Shown here: in pieces, positions 40,204 to 49,257 of the stretch
Layout of the letters: every line of letters starts with the position of its first letter
How positions within the stretch are numbered: position 1 is the first letter of the stretch
Source of the DNA: Nitrospirales bacterium
Lineage (GTDB): Bacteria; Nitrospirota; Nitrospiria; Nitrospirales; UBA8639
DNA: 64,000 nucleotides
Assembly (NCBI GenBank): GCA_965223295.1
Contig: CBDCWC010000003.1
Location: forward strand, 288,001 to 352,000
Reading direction: 5' to 3'
Notes under the pieces: generated by a model
What the model was told of the DNA's origin: nothing
The model's input: the letters and a program-made list of their open reading frames with translations, nothing else
Databases searched by the model: none
Program-made: the position numbers and the translations under genes

Positions 40204-42141
40204 ATGCACCTTCACAGCTCACAATCTCCACTCGTCAATGTCCAGATTTTCATTGTTGATAGTGATCCCAATACCCGCTCCAGATATGCGCAGTGGATAC
40301 AACAGGCAGCTCCCAATCACATAGAGATTCAAGAAATACGGACAGGCGCCCAGGCCCTGGAAGCTTGCACCAACATTTCACCCCACTGCATTCTTCTCGA
40401 TTACCAACTGTCCGATATGACGGGATTAGATTGTTTCTCAAAGCTGAAGGATTTACACACACATGCTGATATCCCAATTATTTTCTTCAAAGGAGAAGCC
40501 GACGAACAGATTGCCATACAAGCCATTAAGCTTGGCGCCCAAGATTACTTCATCAAGAATACGCTCACGGAAGAATTCTTATGGCGGCATATACAACAAG
40601 CCCTCGATCAACTGACCACATTGCGTCGCATTCACACTCTCGAGCACCAATTCAGCACAATCCTAGAATCCTCCGGAGATGGCTTGATGGTCATCGACAC
40701 TCACGGACTCATCCGCTTTACTAACTCGGCGGCAACTCAAATCTTTCAACAACCAGAAGCAGACCTTTTGGGCTCACCATTTGAGTTTCCAGTGGTACCA
40801 GGAGAGGCTCAAGAAATTACGATCCGACATCAAGGCACACAGACGACCCCTGTTGAAATGAAAGTTGTACCAATTGAGTGGGAAAATGAACCAGCTTACC
40901 TAGCCTCCCTTCGCGATCTCACCGAACGTCGGAAAGCAGAAGAAGAACGACAACGCCATGAAACAGAACGGCAATATGCTCAAAAGCTGGAAAGCTTGGG
41001 AGTATTGGCAGGAGGCATTGCTCATGACTTCAACAATCTCCTCATGGCCATTGTGGCTCGGGCTGGTCTCGCCTTACGATTCCTTGCAGCCGACTCTCCA
41101 GTTCGTGAGCATATACACATCATAGAAAAATCCGGTCTCCGTGGTGGAGAGCTCGCCAACCAAATGCTCACATTTGCGGGAAAAGCGCAATTAGATATTC
41201 AGCCGATCAACTTGCAACAATTTCTGAAAGACAGCCAAGCATTTCTACGTTCAACAGTATCGAAGCGAATCACCATGAGGTTCAATGGCGACAGCAATCT
41301 CCCAACCATTCGAGGTGATCGTTCTCAACTCCGTCAATTACTGATGAACATCGTCATGAACGCCGCTGAAGCGATCGGAGAACAAGACGGGCACATTTAT
41401 CTCAGTACGAGTCGCATAGATACGTCGACACAAGATTTCCGGCCGTATCATGTTATGGGGGATTTACCCTGGGGACCCTGTGTCTCATTGAAAATACAGG
41501 ATACAGGAAGTGGAATCCCATCAAACGTCCTTCCTAAAATTTTCGATCCTTTTTTTTCCACCAAATTCCCTGGACGAGGACTTGGGTTAGCGGCACTGCT
41601 GGGAATTGCCCGTGGACACGGAGCGGCCATTGCCGTTCATAGTCAAGTTGGTCAGGGCACAGAATTTATCTTCCTCTTTCCTATCACAACGAAACCATCC
41701 GTGCAGGATACTCCTTCTTTCAGGTTGCCAAAGGAACCATCGGATGCCTCCACAGGCACGAAAGTGCTCGTGGTTGATGACGAAGAAGAGATCCGAACAG
41801 CCTGTTCGCTGATCCTCAAAGAAATTGGGTACGATGCCCTGGTTGCTCAGGATGGGAAAGCCGGCCTGCACATTTTTGAACAATATCAGGACCAGATTGC
41901 GCTCGTATTTCTTGACCTCACCATGCCTCATATCGATGGTGGCCAATTAGCAAAAACCATTCGTCAACGAGACCCAGATATCCCTATTCTCGTTTCTAGC
42001 GGATTTGCCGAGGAAGAAGCCATGAAGCATTTCATTCAATCTGGGATCTGTGCATTTATTCAAAAACCTTTTCAAGTCGAAGTCCTCATCAAGAAGATCC
42101 ATGCACTCATAGGAGTAGGAGTCGCTAATAGGCCGCAATAA
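40204..42141 (+). CDS. Hybrid histidine kinase REC-PAS-HisKA-HATPase-REC
   Basis: LLDYQL, PAS, GGIAHDFNNLL, DTGSG, IFDPFFSTK, GRGLGL, terminal REC. Confidence 0.92.
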   Translation: MHLHSSQSPLVNVQIFIVDSDPNTRSRYAQWIQQAAPNHIEIQEIRTGAQALEACTNISPHCILLDYQLSDMTGLDCFSKLKDLHTHADIPIIFFKGEADEQIAIQAIKLGAQDYFIKNTLTEEFLWRHIQQALDQLTTLRRIHTLEHQFSTILESSGDGLMVIDTHGLIRFTNSAATQIFQQPEADLLGSPFEFPVVPGEAQEITIRHQGTQTTPVEMKVVPIEWENEPAYLASLRDLTERRKAEEERQRHETERQYAQKLESLGVLAGGIAHDFNNLLMAIVARAGLALRFLAADSPVREHIHIIEKSGLRGGELANQMLTFAGKAQLDIQPINLQQFLKDSQAFLRSTVSKRITMRFNGDSNLPTIRGDRSQLRQLLMNIVMNAAEAIGEQDGHIYLSTSRIDTSTQDFRPYHVMGDLPWGPCVSLKIQDTGSGIPSNVLPKIFDPFFSTKFPGRGLGLAALLGIARGHGAAIAVHSQVGQGTEFIFLFPITTKPSVQDTPSFRLPKEPSDASTGTKVLVVDDEEEIRTACSLILKEIGYDALVAQDGKAGLHIFEQYQDQIALVFLDLTMPHIDGGQLAKTIRQRDPDIPILVSSGFAEEEAMKHFIQSGICAFIQKPFQVEVLIKKIHALIGVGVANRPQ

Positions 42142-42211
42142 CTGAGGGGCATTCGTTGATGCGACCGCTCAACTGCTTATAATTTCTTCTTCTCGGTTCG
42201 CTTCACTCCTT

Positions 42212-42655
42212 CTATTGATACCGATACCCACCACTCAAATGCCGCTCAAGTGTTGACGACAAACCTAGGTGATTGCGATAAAGCGTAGACTGGACAATTG
42301 CTTGGTTCTCAGGGTCCAACTCACCAGCCCGTTTGAAATGCTGTGCAGCTTCTTTGTGACGTTCTAATTGATGCAACGTCAGTGCCGTATTAAAATGAGC
42401 CTCCACCAAGATAGGATTGAGGCTCAATGCTGCTTGAAAAAATTGTAAGGCAGACTCCCATTTTTCGATATGATATTCATCAATGCCTTTCATATTGAGT
42501 GCCGAAGCCTCAGGCTCGATGACAGGCAGACTTGCCAGAGGAACGGTCTGCGGAAAACATCCTCCCAGTATCACCATCCCCACTATCATGACTACACCTG
42601 ACAACACATTCGGTATTTTTGATAGACTCCATCTAGTCATATGGCATCCTTCCAT
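42212..42655 (-). CDS. Small TPR lipoprotein
   Basis: Lipobox LGGC; TPR EAHFNTAL; real start likely downstream because the divergent gene starts 11 bp away. Confidence 0.75.
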   Translation of the reverse strand: MEGCHMTRWSLSKIPNVLSGVVMIVGMVILGGCFPQTVPLASLPVIEPEASALNMKGIDEYHIEKWESALQFFQAALSLNPILVEAHFNTALTLHQLERHKEAAQHFKRAGELDPENQAIVQSTLYRNHLGLSSTLERHLSGGYRYQ

Positions 42656-42666
42656 GACTTTTTACG

Positions 42667-44085
42667 ATGACTCAATTATCCAAATCCCCCAATCAACCAT
42701 ATAACCACGATATCGTCATCATCGGAGGCGGTTCAGCCGGATATGCGGCTGCACGCACGGCCGAAGCTGAGGGAGCCAACGTTGGGATTGTCGACCACGG
42801 CCCGCTTGGAGGGCTCTGTATCTTACGCGGCTGTATGCCAACAAAAGCCATGCTCCGCTCCTCGGATATTGCTGCACTCATGAGTCGAGCCGCAGAATTT
42901 GGCCTTAATATCACCCAAACTCAAGCCAACCTCAGCGCCATTATCGATCGAAAAAATCGGTTAATCAAGGAATTTGCGGATTATCGCATTCAAGCCCTTC
43001 AGGACTCACGGTTTACGCTTTATCAAGAACCGGCTCACTTTCTTTCCCCATCCCTCATACAAGCTGGCTCTCACCAACTCACCGCAAAAGCCTTCATTAT
43101 CGCGACAGGCTCCGTCGTGACACATATTCCCATCCCAGGACTAGAAGAGGCTGGCTTCATCACAAGCGACGAAGCCTTAGAACTGCGAAAACTTCCAGAT
43201 TCCATGATTGTCCTAGGAGGAGGAGCCGTAGCCCTGGAATTGGCTCAATTCTATTCTCGAATTGGAGTCCAGGTTACCCTCATTCAACGCAGCGCGCATG
43301 TGATGTCACAAGCAGACGAAGACTTAGCGATACCTGTTCAAGACAAACTCCAAGAAGAAGGGATGGCCATTTTTACGAACACATCGATCAAAGAAGTAAC
43401 ACAGTCTCCTAGTGGTCAGAAAACCGTTCATTTCCTGCATGACGACCAACCACACCAAGTCACCGCCTCCACCATCCTTCAAGCACTTGGACGCCACCCT
43501 AATATCGGTCGATTGCAGATAGATGCCGCTCAGGTGGCGATCGACAACAATACGATTGTCGTCAACAAACACATGCAAACATCTCAGCCACATATCTTTG
43601 CAGTCGGCGATGTGAATGGACTACATGAAATCGTTCATATTGCCATAGAGCAGGGAGAAATTGCCGGATGGAATGCAGTTCACCCGGATCAGCCACTGAA
43701 GCACTATGATGACCGCCTCAAAACGCAGGTCGTCTTTACTGACCCTCAGATGGCCAGCGTGGGGCTATCAGAACGAGAATGCATTCAGGACCATGTTCCA
43801 TTTCTTGTCGCCTCGTACCCCTTCAACGATCACGGTAAATCACTCTGCCTGGGCGAACTCCATGGACATGTCAAAATTCTATGCCACCCGCAATCCGGGG
43901 AAATTCTGGGTGGACATATCGTCGGACCAGAGGCTTCTGAACTGATCCATGAACTCACTGCCATTATGCATTTCCATGGAACCGTGCATGACCTCATAAA
44001 AATACCTCATTACCATCCCACCTTGGCCGAAATCTTGACCTACCCTGCCGAAGAACTTGCCGAAGAACTTCCCTCAGCCTCTTAG
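42667..44085 (+). CDS. Class I pyridine nucleotide-disulfide oxidoreductase (Lpd/MerA-like)
   Basis: GGGSAG, GGLCILRGCMPTK, GGGAVALE, AVGD, YHPTLAE; no C-terminal CC. Confidence 0.88.
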   Translation: MTQLSKSPNQPYNHDIVIIGGGSAGYAAARTAEAEGANVGIVDHGPLGGLCILRGCMPTKAMLRSSDIAALMSRAAEFGLNITQTQANLSAIIDRKNRLIKEFADYRIQALQDSRFTLYQEPAHFLSPSLIQAGSHQLTAKAFIIATGSVVTHIPIPGLEEAGFITSDEALELRKLPDSMIVLGGGAVALELAQFYSRIGVQVTLIQRSAHVMSQADEDLAIPVQDKLQEEGMAIFTNTSIKEVTQSPSGQKTVHFLHDDQPHQVTASTILQALGRHPNIGRLQIDAAQVAIDNNTIVVNKHMQTSQPHIFAVGDVNGLHEIVHIAIEQGEIAGWNAVHPDQPLKHYDDRLKTQVVFTDPQMASVGLSERECIQDHVPFLVASYPFNDHGKSLCLGELHGHVKILCHPQSGEILGGHIVGPEASELIHELTAIMHFHGTVHDLIKIPHYHPTLAEILTYPAEELAEELPSAS

Positions 44086-44312
44086 ATCACTTCTCCGTGA
44101 TCATCATTGCACAAATACCCTACTCGAAAAATTCATCAATATGTTGGGCCCATGGTGAATCTTTTACCTTAGGCTTCGAGCAAGGAACAAAGGTTTCCGC
44201 TGATGTTTTTGTCCGTAACAATTTTCAGTAAAGGTGGACTACATCTCAGCAAATGGGGAAAAGCCTCGAGAAAAATAATCCGCATATTGAGGCCATCACC
44301 TGGAGAATTCTC

Positions 44313-45068
44313 ATGAAAAACGACATAATGGAATCCAACATGGCCACGACCGCCACTTCACCCCAATCCTCATCATCATCCTCAGGAAAAATCCTTATCG
44401 GAATCGTCTTTCTTTTCGGGTTAGGAGCCTTCATGTATTTTGATCTCGGACAATATCTTTCCCTTGATTCCATCAAATCCAATCGCGATCTCTTACGAGG
44501 TTATACCGAATCGAATTATACGGTGGCGGTCATGCTTTTCATTCTTCTCTATGTACTCCAAACCGCATTTTCTTTGCCAGGTGGCGCCATTCTCACACTC
44601 ACAAGCGGCTTCTTATTTGGCAGTGTCATGGGAACAATTTTTGTCAACATCGGCGCAACGCTGGGGGCCACACTCGCGTTTTTGGCTGCGCGCTATCTCC
44701 TAAGAGATTGGGTAGAACGCAAAGTGGGGGATCGACTAGAAGCCATTCAGTCAGGATTTGCTCAAAATGCATTCAGCTATCTCCTGACTCTGCGTCTCAT
44801 TCCTGCCTTTCCCTTTTTCTTAGTCAATCTGGTATCCGGACTGACGCGCATCAACCTTGGAACCTACATTCTGGCAACCTCTCTTGGGATTATTCCTGGA
44901 AGTTTTGTCTTTGCTTTTGCGGGGCAGCAACTTGGCTCCATTAATTCACTGAGTGAAATAGCCAGCCCACCGGTCCTTCTGGCTTTTACACTATTAGGGC
45001 TCCTTGCCCTAATGCCAGTGGCCTATAAAAAATGGACGACCAGAAATACGTCCTCTTTGAACCCATGA
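44313..45068 (+). CDS. TVP38/TMEM64 (DedA/SNARE_assoc) membrane protein
   Basis: SLPGGAILTL..GFLFG, GATLAFLAARY, LRLIPAFPFFLVN; start uncertain. Confidence 0.9.
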   Translation: MKNDIMESNMATTATSPQSSSSSSGKILIGIVFLFGLGAFMYFDLGQYLSLDSIKSNRDLLRGYTESNYTVAVMLFILLYVLQTAFSLPGGAILTLTSGFLFGSVMGTIFVNIGATLGATLAFLAARYLLRDWVERKVGDRLEAIQSGFAQNAFSYLLTLRLIPAFPFFLVNLVSGLTRINLGTYILATSLGIIPGSFVFAFAGQQLGSINSLSEIASPPVLLAFTLLGLLALMPVAYKKWTTRNTSSLNP

Positions 45069-45106
45069 CCACGCATTTGTCAACTGTGTAACTTTTGAGA
45101 TAGCTC

Positions 45107-46657
45107 ATGGAACGTCCACAAGCTACAGATAGGCCAGCGTTGATCCTTCCTGATGATCAGTACAATCAGGAACTGGTCAATAATGTGCATCCTCCTCACT
45201 GGAAAAATCCCAGTCCGACAGGGCGGTATAATTTAGTGGTGGTTGGCGCTGGAACGGCTGGGTTGGTTACGGCGGCAATCGGAGCGGCACTTGGAGCAAA
45301 AGTCGCGCTTGTTGAACGACATCTCATGGGCGGAGATTGTTTGAACGTCGGCTGTGTTCCCTCAAAAGGTCTGATACGGGCAGCCAAAGCCTGGACCTCA
45401 GTCAGGGAAGCTGAAGAATTCGGTTTGCACATATCAGGAGGCATCCAACAAGATTTCGGCGCGGCGATGACTCGTATGCGCCAACTACGGGCACGCATGA
45501 GTCAAGTTGATTCGGCTAAACGTTTCACTGAACTCGGAGTCGATGTCTTCATCGGAAACGGACGTTTCAGTAGCTCAGACACTGTCGATGTAGAAGGCAC
45601 CTCTCTGCAATTTGCCAAGGCCGTTATTTGTACTGGCGCACGAGCTGCAGCTCCTCCCATCCCCGGACTCGATCGAATCAAGTACCTGACTAATGAAACG
45701 GTGTTTTCTTTAACCGAGTTACCTAGACGACTGGGAGTCATTGGGGCAGGATCAATCGGTTGCGAAATGGCCCAAACATTTGCACGCTTTGGCAGTCGAG
45801 TGTTTCTGGTTGAAGCGATGCACGGCATTCTCCCCAATGAAGATCGAGACGCGGCAGAAATCGTCGAACGCTCCATAATCCGCGATGGCGTACAATTACT
45901 CTGCTGCGGGAAAGACTTAAACCTGAAAATGGTGAACGACACAAAACAGATGTCTGTCGACTCTCATGGCCAACATTACGATCTTTCAGTTGATGAGATT
46001 TTAGTTGGCGTCGGTAGAGCCCCGAACACAGAAAACTTGGGACTTGAAACCGTCGGCGTGGAATTTGATGGAAAGGGTGTGCAGGTCAACAACCGATTAC
46101 AAACCACCAACCCCAAAATCTTTGCGGCTGGCGACGTCTGCTCTCCCTTCAAGTTTACGCACACGGCAGATGCACAAGCCCAGATTGTCATCCAAAACGC
46201 CTTATTTCCACATCCTTTAGGTCTGGGGTACAGCAGCACAAACGATCTGACCATTCCATGGGCCACGTATACTCAACCAGAAATTGCCCACGTCGGGCTA
46301 TACGAAAAAGACGCTAAAACTAACGGCATAGCAATTGACACCTTCACGTTCCCACTCAGTGAAGTGGACCGGGCCATTCTTGACGGAGAGGAAGAAGGCT
46401 TTGCCCGTGTTCATGTGAAAAAAGGGACAGATGAGATTATTGGGGCAACCATTGTGGCCACTCACGCGGGAGATTTGATTAGTGAATATACGTTGGCCAT
46501 GAAAGGGAAACTCGGACTCAATACTATCGCTGGCACCATTCACCCTTACCCCACACAAGCAGAAGTCATCAAAAAAACAGCCAATGCTTGGAGAAAAGCC
46601 ACACTCACCGAAACCAAAAAACAGCTCTTAGGAAAACTTTTTTCGTGGACTCGTTGA
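45107..46657 (+). CDS. Mercuric-reductase-like flavoprotein disulfide reductase
   Basis: GAGTAG, GGDCLNVGCVPSK, GAGSIGCE, KFTHTA, IHPYPTQAE; no NmerA domain or terminal CC. Confidence 0.88.
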   Translation: MERPQATDRPALILPDDQYNQELVNNVHPPHWKNPSPTGRYNLVVVGAGTAGLVTAAIGAALGAKVALVERHLMGGDCLNVGCVPSKGLIRAAKAWTSVREAEEFGLHISGGIQQDFGAAMTRMRQLRARMSQVDSAKRFTELGVDVFIGNGRFSSSDTVDVEGTSLQFAKAVICTGARAAAPPIPGLDRIKYLTNETVFSLTELPRRLGVIGAGSIGCEMAQTFARFGSRVFLVEAMHGILPNEDRDAAEIVERSIIRDGVQLLCCGKDLNLKMVNDTKQMSVDSHGQHYDLSVDEILVGVGRAPNTENLGLETVGVEFDGKGVQVNNRLQTTNPKIFAAGDVCSPFKFTHTADAQAQIVIQNALFPHPLGLGYSSTNDLTIPWATYTQPEIAHVGLYEKDAKTNGIAIDTFTFPLSEVDRAILDGEEEGFARVHVKKGTDEIIGATIVATHAGDLISEYTLAMKGKLGLNTIAGTIHPYPTQAEVIKKTANAWRKATLTETKKQLLGKLFSWTR

Positions 46658-46658
46658 T

Positions 46659-47456
46659 ATGAGAAAGAAAGCCATGCTCACACCAACACACCTACTTGGC
46701 AAAATTTTGGCGTTATCATTCGCACTCGGGCTCATTTTTTTCTTCGCTTGTTCTCCAATCGTTTTGGCCAAAGCAGATGAAGAATTCCCGATTGGCCTAT
46801 TTTCACAGGCTCAACCCGGTGGCAGCTTTCCAGACGGCTGGAAACCGCTGACCTTTGAGAAAATTCCAACCCATACACAATACGAACTGGTGAAGGATGG
46901 AGAACAGACTGTTGTCAAAGCCACCAGCCGTCAGTCCTCCTCTGGTCTCACACGGGAAATCATGATTGATCCGAAGGAATATCCCATTATTCAATGGCGC
47001 TGGAAAGTGAGCAATACATTCAACAATGGAGATATGACAAAAAAATCAGGTGATGATTATCCAGCCCGCATCTACATTACGTTTCAATACGATAGGGACA
47101 AGGTAGGGTTTTTTGAAGAAGCCAAATATGAAGCAGCCAAACTTCTCTATGGAGAATATCCTCCAATTGGAGCCATTAATTATATTTGGGAAAGCAAAAG
47201 CCCCATTGGCACCATTGCCCCAAATCCTTACACAGACCGCGTTCAAATGTTTGTCATTGAAAGCGGGGAGACGCGCTTAGATGAATGGGTCATGGAAGAA
47301 CGCAATATATACGAGGATTACAAAAGAGCCTTTGGAGAAGACCCGCCAAAAATCTCAGGCGTGGCCATCATGACAGATACCGATAATACACAAGAAGAGG
47401 CGGTGTCTTTTTTCGGAGATATCGTATTTAAAAAATCACTGATGAGTCATAAGTGA
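46659..47456 (+). CDS. DUF3047-domain exported protein
   Basis: WRWKV, GDDYPARIY, INYIW, ERNIYEDY..AFG, VAIMTDTDNT. Confidence 0.88.
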   Translation: MRKKAMLTPTHLLGKILALSFALGLIFFFACSPIVLAKADEEFPIGLFSQAQPGGSFPDGWKPLTFEKIPTHTQYELVKDGEQTVVKATSRQSSSGLTREIMIDPKEYPIIQWRWKVSNTFNNGDMTKKSGDDYPARIYITFQYDRDKVGFFEEAKYEAAKLLYGEYPPIGAINYIWESKSPIGTIAPNPYTDRVQMFVIESGETRLDEWVMEERNIYEDYKRAFGEDPPKISGVAIMTDTDNTQEEAVSFFGDIVFKKSLMSHK

Positions 47457-47611
47457 AAGATCTAGAGCAACAATCCTGACACAAAATTGAGCCATGCTCA
47501 CTTATACTCTAGGCATTTACTTCTATAGTATTTTAACTTTCAACTGGTGTCTCTTAAAATTCCTTCTCCCTCAAGGGCTTGGTTCCGAAGAGGAAACAAG
47601 GATCTCCTACT

Positions 47612-47802
47612 GGGTCTGTTGAAAAAACCCGCCAGCGGCGTTCTCGCCATTTTTCCGCGCTCACATAATGCCAGTATGCTCCGCCCGCAAAAAATGGCTG
47701 TGGCCTTGCTGGACGGACTTTTTTGACAGACCCGAGGCCTCTGACATGTGACACCACAGAGGCTAAATGTGGCCATTGATATCATCATTATTCAACAGTC
47801 TC
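47612..47802 (-). mobile_element. MITE family A copy 4 (191 bp, inverted)
   Basis: Ends GGGTCTGTTGAA / TTCAACAGTCTC; CTACT duplicated at 47607-47611 and 47803-47807. Confidence 0.88.
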
Positions 47803-47867
47803 CTACTAGTTAAATCGCGATATTTGCGAAATCTCGGCACGAGGGCGAAGCTTCCACATTCACTTTA

Positions 47868-48008
47868 GGGCACCTCTAAAAACTGATGATTTTTTCTGAG
47901 GGCAAGGAAGCGGCGCGCGGAAAACTGGAGTGTATGGGCCAATACATGAGGATTTGAGCACGACGCTGACGCCACCATCGGGGAAAAGGACAGTTTTTAG
48001 AGGTGCCC
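47868..48008 (+). mobile_element. MITE family B copy 2 (141 bp)
   Basis: Perfect TIR GGGCACCTCTAAAAACTG / CAGTTTTTAGAGGTGCCC; TTTA on both flanks. Confidence 0.85.
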
Positions 48009-48247
48009 TTTAGTGAGAACATGGCATCATTGCGAAAAACAGCTAGGCGTGCAATGTTATTGGACCCATTGAAATGAATGGAGAGAAGCTGAAAGCTCTT
48101 TCACCGTCAGCCTGAATGGTTAGCTCAAAGCTGCAATCGGCAGAAGGTCATGCCCATTGTTCATCACCTCATATGCTGTCATCTTCAGAAACCCAGATGA
48201 CATTCCTTATTACTTGAGGTTCCAGATCCAGTTCGGCTGGGAGAGAA

Positions 48248-48526
48248 TTACTCCTTCTGTCCGGTTTTTTTTATGATGTGATATCCAAATTGCGTTTTGA
48301 TGGGCTGGCTCACACTGCCATGTCCCATGCGCTTCACGGCGTCTTCAAATGCCTTGACCATTTTTCCTGGACCGAACCACCCCAGATCCCCACTTTTGGA
48401 TTTGCTGGGACAAGTGGAAAATTCTTTCGCCAACTCCGCAAATTTCCCACCCGTTTTCAAGCGTTTTCTCAGTTCAACGGCTAATCCTTTTTCTTTCACT
48501 AAGATATGACTCGCTCTCCACTCCAT
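48248..48526 (-). CDS. ppiC: Parvulin peptidyl-prolyl isomerase
   Basis: ASHILVK, FAELAKEFSTCPS, GDLGWF, MVKAFE, TQFGYHII. Confidence 0.93.
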   Translation of the reverse strand: MEWRASHILVKEKGLAVELRKRLKTGGKFAELAKEFSTCPSKSKSGDLGWFGPGKMVKAFEDAVKRMGHGSVSQPIKTQFGYHIIKKTGQKE

Positions 48527-48697
48527 ATGCTCTCCTTTCCCTTTATCATTCCCTAATCACTCTAGTTCTTTCGCAAAACTAACCGCTATAAATTTTGGCA
48601 CAACGAGATCACCCATGAAGCTCAGCCCATTTTTGACATTCACTGGTTTGCTCATTGCTATGAGGACAAGCCTATCAATCGCAGTTCTTTTTACATC

Positions 48698-49156
48698 TTA
48701 AAACCCTCCCGTCGGGCCGGTGCTTCCACCACTAAACCCTGGAATGACAGGAGACGCAGTGGGTTCGACTGGCGCATCAGGAACATTGCCATAGCGCCGA
48801 AGCGGAGGAGAATTCCAAATGACTTTATGACCAGGTGCAAGATTAGCGGCTTCAATAAAATGAGGCTTTGCCCCTACTGAGTCTCCCAAATGTTCCATGG
48901 TCACGGCTAAGTTGTAATGCGCTTCTGCCAGATCCGGTTGCGCTTGAACCGCCGATTGAAACTGCTGCCGGGCTCCCTCCCATCGCCCCTCCCGAAACAA
49001 ACGGTTCCCTTCTGTAAAGAAGTTCTGCACTTGCGCCATCGAATTGGCAGGAGGATCAAGCACCGTCAAAGGTGCAGGTTTATCGGAGGCACAGCCCAGG
49101 CTGATTAAAATATAAAGACAACACAGAAAAAAAACGATCAATTGCAACCCCTTCAT
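48698..49156 (-). CDS. Small TPR lipoprotein
   Basis: Lipobox LGC; EAHYNLA; resembles 42212-42655; AAGGAGG RBS. Confidence 0.8.
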   Translation of the reverse strand: MKGLQLIVFFLCCLYILISLGCASDKPAPLTVLDPPANSMAQVQNFFTEGNRLFREGRWEGARQQFQSAVQAQPDLAEAHYNLAVTMEHLGDSVGAKPHFIEAANLAPGHKVIWNSPPLRRYGNVPDAPVEPTASPVIPGFSGGSTGPTGGF

Positions 49157-49257
49157 GGATCCCTCCTTCTGAAAACAATTTCGTATTCAACAGTGTTTTA
49201 ACGACTCCATAAGCCTTTACTCTCACTCCAACCCTTTCCCTAATAGAAAGAGAGAGT

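Noticed and set aside
42667-46657. mer operon
   Set aside because: No C-terminal Cys-Cys, NmerA domain, merR or transport genes
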